Shown here: positions 58,668-64,000 of the stretch, in pieces
Numbering within the stretch: the first letter of the stretch is position 1
How the letters are laid out: each line of letters starts with the position of its first letter
Source of the DNA: Clostridia bacterium
GTDB lineage: Bacteria; Bacillota; Clostridia; UMGS1883
Assembly (NCBI GenBank): GCA_045594665.1
Contig: JAZNYX010000025.1
Span: 698-64,697 of the forward strand
DNA length: 64,000 nucleotides
Direction of reading: 5' to 3'
Position numbers and translations under genes: made by a program
Notes under the pieces: generated by a model
What the model saw: the letters and a program-made list of their open reading frames with translations, nothing else
Told to the model about the DNA's origin: nothing
Database searches by the model: none

Positions 58668-59450
58668 TTATATGTCTATTTTTACTGCATCTGTAAATGG
58701 AACTAATGTACTCATATTCCACCACATTACTTTAATATATTTTCCGTCAGCAGAATCAAGAGTTACATTGACTGTTGATTTAGCAGGGTATAGCTTTACT
58801 GTTTCCATAGAGCCATCATTTTTATATAGTACAGCAATTATTGTTCCTGTTAATTCATTAGTTGATGATACATAAACATCAAACTTAATATCATTTGTTG
58901 TCTTTGTATATGTACCTACAGAAATTGTAGGTTTTGTAACATCAGGCTCTTCCTCACCACCTGATGATGTAACTTCTATACTTCCATTTACAATAGCTAT
59001 ATCTATATCATTCATATCATTGTCATATATTTCTCCTGCGTTATAGGAAAGATTTATATTAAATTTACCTGTCGTATTTGCAGGAGCTAAAAACTTTAGA
59101 ATAATAATTGTACCATTTGAGGTATCTGCATCTAATCCGTCAAGCAGTATAGTACACGGATTGGCAGAAAAATCCTTTATAGGAGTAAGGTCTAATGTAG
59201 ATAATGCTTCTCCCTGTTCTATACTTGTGAATGTAAGTCTGCTATCATAGGATAATGAGAGTTGCATTGCTAACACCCCTGTGGTATTTCCCGATAAGAC
59301 TATGGGGACTGCAACCTCTTCACCTGCTTCCGCTGTTACATTTGATACAGTTAATGTAGCTTTTGATGAAGCTGAAACAGGTGATATATTCATTATTATT
59401 AAAAGTAATGTAACACACAACGCTATTAATCTTTTAATATTTATTTTCAT
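58668..59450 (-). CDS. secreted cohesin-domain protein with C-terminal beta-sandwich-like domain
   Basis: signal peptide MKINIKRLIALCVTLLLIIMNISPVSA; cohesin pattern LTVSNVTAEAGEEVAVPIVLSGN..GVLAMQLSLSYD...GEIYDNDMNDIDIAIVNGSIEV. Confidence 0.75.
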   Translation of the reverse strand: MKINIKRLIALCVTLLLIIMNISPVSASSKATLTVSNVTAEAGEEVAVPIVLSGNTTGVLAMQLSLSYDSRLTFTSIEQGEALSTLDLTPIKDFSANPCTILLDGLDADTSNGTIIILKFLAPANTTGKFNINLSYNAGEIYDNDMNDIDIAIVNGSIEVTSSGGEEEPDVTKPTISVGTYTKTTNDIKFDVYVSSTNELTGTIIAVLYKNDGSMETVKLYPAKSTVNVTLDSADGKYIKVMWWNMSTLVPFTDAVKIDI

Positions 59451-59467
59451 CTTATGCCATCTCCTCA

Positions 59468-61921
59468 TTACTTGCCAAGTGTTACGCCATAGCCACCAAT
59501 AACATATCTACGCAGTATCGTTATATCTTTTATATTTGTAATTCCGTCACAATTAACATCTGCTGCTTCATTTAAGGTTACACCATATCCACCAACTACA
59601 CCTCTGCGAAGTAATGTAATATCTTTAATATTAATTATGCCATCATCGTTGATATCTCCTATTGTATAACTTTTAACAGTAACACTACCATCAACGATTT
59701 CAATGTCAATATCATTCATATCATTGTCATAAACTTCACCTTTTGTATAGGAAGCAGAAATATCGTAAACAGTACCATCTTCTGCATCTTCGGGAATTAT
59801 AAATGTCATATTGAGAATTTTACCATTTGTACTATCTGCATCAAGACCTTCCCACGCCATATTTAGAGGAATTAAAGCCAAATCTCCCGAAACAGTAAAG
59901 TCAAGAGTTTCTAATGCACTATCTTCCTCTCCTGTGCTTTGCACAACTGACGAGAGCGCTAGTCTTTCATCATATGTGAGTTTTAACATCATACCTAAAA
60001 TTCCTGGGTTGTTTTCAATATTTAAAGCTACTGTAACTGTTTCACCTGCTTTGCCTGTAACTGATTCTATTCTTAATGTAGGTGTATCCTCAGCATCAGG
60101 TTCAGTAGGTTCACTTGGCTCTGTAGGTTCACTTGTTTCAGTTACTACAACTGAACACAATGCATTATAGTTTCCATCTTCTGTTGTAACAGTAATTGTA
60201 GCATTACCTGCACCAACAGCCGTTACAGTTCCTGAAACAACAGTTGCAACTGATGTATCAGACGATGCCCATGATACATTTTTATTTGTTGCATTATCGG
60301 GAGTTATATTCACTTCTAAAGTCGCTGTTTCTCCAATTTCCAAAGTAATTTCATCTTCAGACATAGTAATTGCTGACACGCTTACAATTTCTTCAGGGAC
60401 TTCTACTTCAGACTCCCAAAGCAAATATGGATACCCGTCATTTCTTTCGCTACAAATTCCCCATACTGTTCCAAAGTCCCAACCTTCATACATTGTTTGC
60501 ATCTTCATTGCAGAACTTAAAAGAGGTGTTCCACAATTTGTATCATCTTCAAAAGGATTGTCAGACAGATAATAACTATTCTCTATTGTTCCGTCACCAC
60601 ACCCAATTTTAATTCTCGAAAATTCAACATCATCATATACCGTTCCTATATTCAAAGAAGTAGCTTGTTTATATGTACCGTTTATGAGAATATCTCCACC
60701 CGTGTAATAGCAGTTCTTTATATGACTGTTTCCAGCAATACCAAAAGCATCCTCCTCCATATTAACATACGTGCTACCCTCACGAGAAGTTGCCTTTATA
60801 TACATATTTGAATAACAGTTTTCAACCTCTCCACACTGAGCTACTATACCACCCACATATAAGTACGGGTATAATGTCATAGTATTAGTATTGCAAGACA
60901 CTACAAATGTTGCATTTATTTCCCCTTTTGTATAAGAGGTCTTTACTGTTCCCGAATTATATCCAGCTATTCCTCCAACATAGCTGTTATACGCACCATC
61001 TTTAATTTCACTGCTGGTGGATAAGCTACAACTGATTTTTCCATTATAATAACTTCTGGATATTGTTCCGCTGTTATCACTTGCAAGACCACCAACCTTA
61101 AAATTTAAACGTTTTTGAGTGGTTCGCGGTTGTCTATCATAATGTAAAATATTCAAATCTGAATAAGACAAATCTATTGTTCCTGAGTTTGAAATTACAA
61201 AGGCTGTGCTTGCATCTAATAATTCATCACCTGTAGTATAACAGCTCTTTATTGTACCTTTATTAGAAGATACTAAATATGAATTTACAGAAAATGAATT
61301 TGTAATTACTCCACTGTTTTCATTTGCGAGAATATCTCCAACAGTTGAGCACATTTCTATTAGTCCGGAGTTAGTATCTGCTATATGTAAACAATCAGTA
61401 CACTTTGAGATTATTCCTTCGCTATTATTATCTGTTACTATATATCCTGAGGTTGATACACAAGCTCTAATTGTTCCGTTGTTATACTTAACTATAGCAC
61501 CTGTATATTTAGATTCACAATTACTTACTACACCATTATTCGTTGTAACAAGTTCCGCATTTGAAATACTACTATTTTCTATTTTTCCACTTGCATTATT
61601 AGTAATAGCAATCTTACCACCACTTATTGACAAATTCATAATATTTCCCGAATTATTTAAGAAAACATACTCTTTTGTTGTTGTTATTTTAAAACTATTT
61701 CCATCTAAGACACCATTAAAACTTTCTAATGTCGTATCTACAGATATATCTGACATAAGCTTAAAATGTTGTGATGGGAAATACCCTATCATTAAAAAAT
61801 CATCTGTATTTTCAATCAGATACGGACTTATCTCCGTTCCCTCTCCTGTCATAGCACTTACTGATATTGCTCCTACTAACAGCACTATGATTGTTGAAAT
61901 AACCACAACAAGTTTTTTCAT
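59468..61921 (-). CDS. secreted multidomain surface protein: GLUG-motif beta-helix + Big_2 + cohesin + C-terminal dockerin
   Basis: 817 aa; GLUG repeats (YVGGIAGYNSGTVKTSY, KVGGLASDNSGTISRSY); Big_2 (VSWASSDTSVATVVSGTVTAVGAGNATITV); cohesin; dockerin GDINDDGIINIKDITLL...DVNCDGITNIKDITIL. Confidence 0.8.
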   Translation of the reverse strand: MKKLVVVISTIIVLLVGAISVSAMTGEGTEISPYLIENTDDFLMIGYFPSQHFKLMSDISVDTTLESFNGVLDGNSFKITTTKEYVFLNNSGNIMNLSISGGKIAITNNASGKIENSSISNAELVTTNNGVVSNCESKYTGAIVKYNNGTIRACVSTSGYIVTDNNSEGIISKCTDCLHIADTNSGLIEMCSTVGDILANENSGVITNSFSVNSYLVSSNKGTIKSCYTTGDELLDASTAFVISNSGTIDLSYSDLNILHYDRQPRTTQKRLNFKVGGLASDNSGTISRSYYNGKISCSLSTSSEIKDGAYNSYVGGIAGYNSGTVKTSYTKGEINATFVVSCNTNTMTLYPYLYVGGIVAQCGEVENCYSNMYIKATSREGSTYVNMEEDAFGIAGNSHIKNCYYTGGDILINGTYKQATSLNIGTVYDDVEFSRIKIGCGDGTIENSYYLSDNPFEDDTNCGTPLLSSAMKMQTMYEGWDFGTVWGICSERNDGYPYLLWESEVEVPEEIVSVSAITMSEDEITLEIGETATLEVNITPDNATNKNVSWASSDTSVATVVSGTVTAVGAGNATITVTTEDGNYNALCSVVVTETSEPTEPSEPTEPDAEDTPTLRIESVTGKAGETVTVALNIENNPGILGMMLKLTYDERLALSSVVQSTGEEDSALETLDFTVSGDLALIPLNMAWEGLDADSTNGKILNMTFIIPEDAEDGTVYDISASYTKGEVYDNDMNDIDIEIVDGSVTVKSYTIGDINDDGIINIKDITLLRRGVVGGYGVTLNEAADVNCDGITNIKDITILRRYVIGGYGVTLGK

Positions 61922-62087
61922 CTTTCAATTACAACCCTTTCTAACAGTCGATTTTAAAGATACATCAACCTTAAATTTTTTCATATTATATCACACGCTT
62001 TTTCTTTTGTCAATATACGCATCTTTTAATGTTGTGTATACTTACAGAATTATAATGTAAAATTATATTTAGAAAGGGCGGATATTA

Positions 62088-62375
62088 ATGATACACGAAA
62101 GAATTAAAATGTTAAGAGAACAATATAATTATAGTCAGGCAGACTTAGCAAAAAAGCTCGGAATTGCAAGAACAAGTGTATTGGCATGGGAAAACCAAAC
62201 CTCTGTTCCTGCTATGAAGCATATCATATCTATGGCAAAACTTTTCAGAATTTCAACTGATTATCTTTTAGAAGTCGATAATAAACGCACATTATCATTA
62301 GAAGGACTTAGCGAAGAGGAAATCGCTATAATTTGTAACTTGCTTAATTATTTTGACAAAAGCGAAAAATCGTAA
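62088..62375 (+). CDS. XRE-family HTH regulator (Cro/CI type)
   Basis: 95 aa; IKMLREQYNYSQADLAKKLGIARTSVLAWE. Confidence 0.85.
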   Translation: MIHERIKMLREQYNYSQADLAKKLGIARTSVLAWENQTSVPAMKHIISMAKLFRISTDYLLEVDNKRTLSLEGLSEEEIAIICNLLNYFDKSEKS

Positions 62376-62494
62376 TTTCTCTTTTAAGCCTTTAAACTTC
62401 TTCACCCGCAACCGTTCCCACCAAAATATTTTAAACCTGTTTATGAGCCGTTAAGAGTTTCTTAACAACAAAATAACTGAAAAGAAACAAAACG

Positions 62495-62536
62495 AAAAAT
62501 CACATTGTCACTAATTAAAGTGGTAATGTGATTTTT
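62495..62536. terminator. bidirectional terminator between the two XRE genes
   Basis: aaaaatcacatt...aatgtgattttt. Confidence 0.6.
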
Positions 62537-62563
62537 GCATTTACTTTATTATTATAGATACCC

Positions 62564-62995
62564 TTAAAAATGTTTTATCACTTGATTCATTACATCAAAT
62601 ACACAGTCAAACAACTTTTGCTTATGTGATAACAAATTAAGTATCTTAATAAATCTATGGTTGCTACGATTTAAAGTTATTAGCCAATGGATTGTTTCTA
62701 TACTTAATCCAGTTCTATTATCACAATAGACTTCATTAATTCTAACATTGAAAAATAATGCTAATACAGAAACTTGCAACACCTCACAAATTCTCAGCAT
62801 TTCACCTGAAGTAGGTTCTACTTGATTATTTTCAATTTTACTTATCCTCCGTACATTCATAAATAAATTTTCTGCAAATTTTTCTTGTGTCATATTTTGA
62901 CTTTCACGCAACATCTTAATGTTTTCTCCTACCGTTTTTTGTACGTTGATTTTACAATCATATTTTTCCTGTACAATTTTAATTTTCTCCGACAT
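62564..62995 (-). CDS. XRE-family HTH regulator with C-terminal extension
   Basis: 143 aa; IKMLRESQNMTQEKFAENLFMNVRRISKIENN. Confidence 0.8.
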   Translation of the reverse strand: MSEKIKIVQEKYDCKINVQKTVGENIKMLRESQNMTQEKFAENLFMNVRRISKIENNQVEPTSGEMLRICEVLQVSVLALFFNVRINEVYCDNRTGLSIETIHWLITLNRSNHRFIKILNLLSHKQKLFDCVFDVMNQVIKHF

Positions 62996-63240
62996 CTAAA
63001 TACCTCCTTTATAATTCGCCTCTAAACATAGGGGCATCTTATATAACGGAGTTGAGCCTAAAAAACATCTTAATTATCACAAAAATGTTGGAAATTTTTT
63101 ATCCTACACACAAAGCGACATATTATATTTACATGTGTTTGGATTGATGTCACAATATAAACACAGCTTTTGCAAAACGCTATGTTTAATTTATTAATTT
63201 ATTACTTTACGCTTCAATAGCGGTTAAGGAGGTAACAAAT

Positions 63241-64000
63241 ATGAAGAAAATAACCACTTCCAGTATAGTCAACATTGATGATAGCAAAATCAGTACTGTT
63301 TATAAGACAGGTAATATAACTGAGATTATTACGCCTCATCATAGGAACGAGTGTTTAAAGAAAATTCGTAAACTTAGCAAAACTCAATATGTAGACTTGG
63401 GCACTGGTGAAATTAAGGAATATAAGCAAAGCACAGACAAAAGCGACAACGTACACAACGTTCAACGTTCTTTAGCTAATCTAAGGCGTATCATTAACCT
63501 AAATTTTACTGGCGAAGATTCCGAAAGATTTTTGACTTTAACTTATTCAACCTTGATGACAGACACAAACAAGCTCTACCGTGATTTTAAAAACTTTATT
63601 AGCAAGCTAAGAAAACTTTATCCCGTTGAATATGTTGTCGTGGCCGAACCACAACAATCTGGCAGCTGGCATTTGCACGTGTTATTAAAATCTATGGCAA
63701 TTAAAAGGTTGCATATCCCTATTGAAGTTTTGAGCGAGTTATGGAATCACGGTTATTTCCACATTGAAAAGGTACCATTCGCTGATAATTTTGGAGCTTA
63801 TTTTGCGGTTAGAGTTACTGACCTTTATTCAGAAGACTCTGATATCAATAATATTAATGCTCCAAAATCAGTAGTTAAAGGCGGAAGATTACATTTCTAT
63901 CCTCCAAATTTTAAAATATATCGATGCTCTAAATGCATAAAAAGACCTCAACCTATACAACTGACGTATGGAGAGGCAAAGAAATTAACAGATGGTATGA
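63241..64000 (+). CDS. HUH-type rolling-circle replication initiator (Rep), 3' end outside the window
   Basis: own translation; AAGGAGG RBS; motif 1 FLTLTY, motif 2 SWHLHVLL (HUH); open frame to the window edge, absent from the ORF track because it has no stop. Confidence 0.7.
   Translation, partial: MKKITTSSIVNIDDSKISTVYKTGNITEIITPHHRNECLKKIRKLSKTQYVDLGTGEIKEYKQSTDKSDNVHNVQRSLANLRRIINLNFTGEDSERFLTLTYSTLMTDTNKLYRDFKNFISKLRKLYPVEYVVVAEPQQSGSWHLHVLLKSMAIKRLHIPIEVLSELWNHGYFHIEKVPFADNFGAYFAVRVTDLYSEDSDINNINAPKSVVKGGRLHFYPPNFKIYRCSKCIKRPQPIQLTYGEAKKLTDGM

Larger units (their letters stand above)
56580..64000. mobile_element. sigK-intervening (skin-like) integrated element, left junction ~56.58 kb, right end beyond the window
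   Basis: split sigK + adjacent large serine recombinase + accessory cargo (cohesin/dockerin proteins, XRE pair, HUH Rep). Confidence 0.7.

Overview
Low-GC Firmicutes (Clostridia) chromosomal segment from a spore-former (dpaAB and sigK present). The cohesin, dockerin and GLUG proteins suggest a Ruminococcus-like Oscillospiraceae host; that is inference only. About 56 kb is core genome. On the minus strand it holds the start of the S10 ribosomal operon (rpsJ-rplC-rplD), a 10.5-kb operon, a DnaD/DnaC-like loader pair, a complete hisZGDCBHAF(IE) operon, dpaAB, two two-component systems, pgeF-ymdB and rny. The 10.5-kb operon combines a degenerate LeuA homologue, a TIM-barrel/AMP-ligase fusion, IlvE, a P-loop ATPase, a four-subunit 2-oxoacid:ferredoxin oxidoreductase, an XRE-cupin regulator and an ACSM-like acyl-CoA synthetase. 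The plus strand carries rpmE, secA-prfB, ychF and eno; queT and htrA lie on the minus strand. Main observations: (1) sigK is split. Only its 3' half (56226..~56585) is present, abutting a large serine recombinase. A skin-like intervening element runs from there off the right edge and carries paralogous cohesin modules, a GLUG/Big_2/cohesin/dockerin surface protein, two XRE regulators and an HUH Rep. (2) A 1-kb intergenic island (49.8-50.8 kb) holds a convincing type I toxin-antitoxin layout and an independently transcribed, highly structured ~205-nt RNA. (3) The oxidoreductase/IlvE/ligase operon looks like a branched-chain fatty acid to amino acid (reductive carboxylation) module, with a catalytically dead LeuA and an Ile/Leu-rich leader ORF plus terminator. 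(4) Modular dispersed repeats are associated with two RHH + small-helical-protein cassettes. (5) The queT leader has preQ1-I-like features. No rRNA, tRNA or CRISPR was seen.
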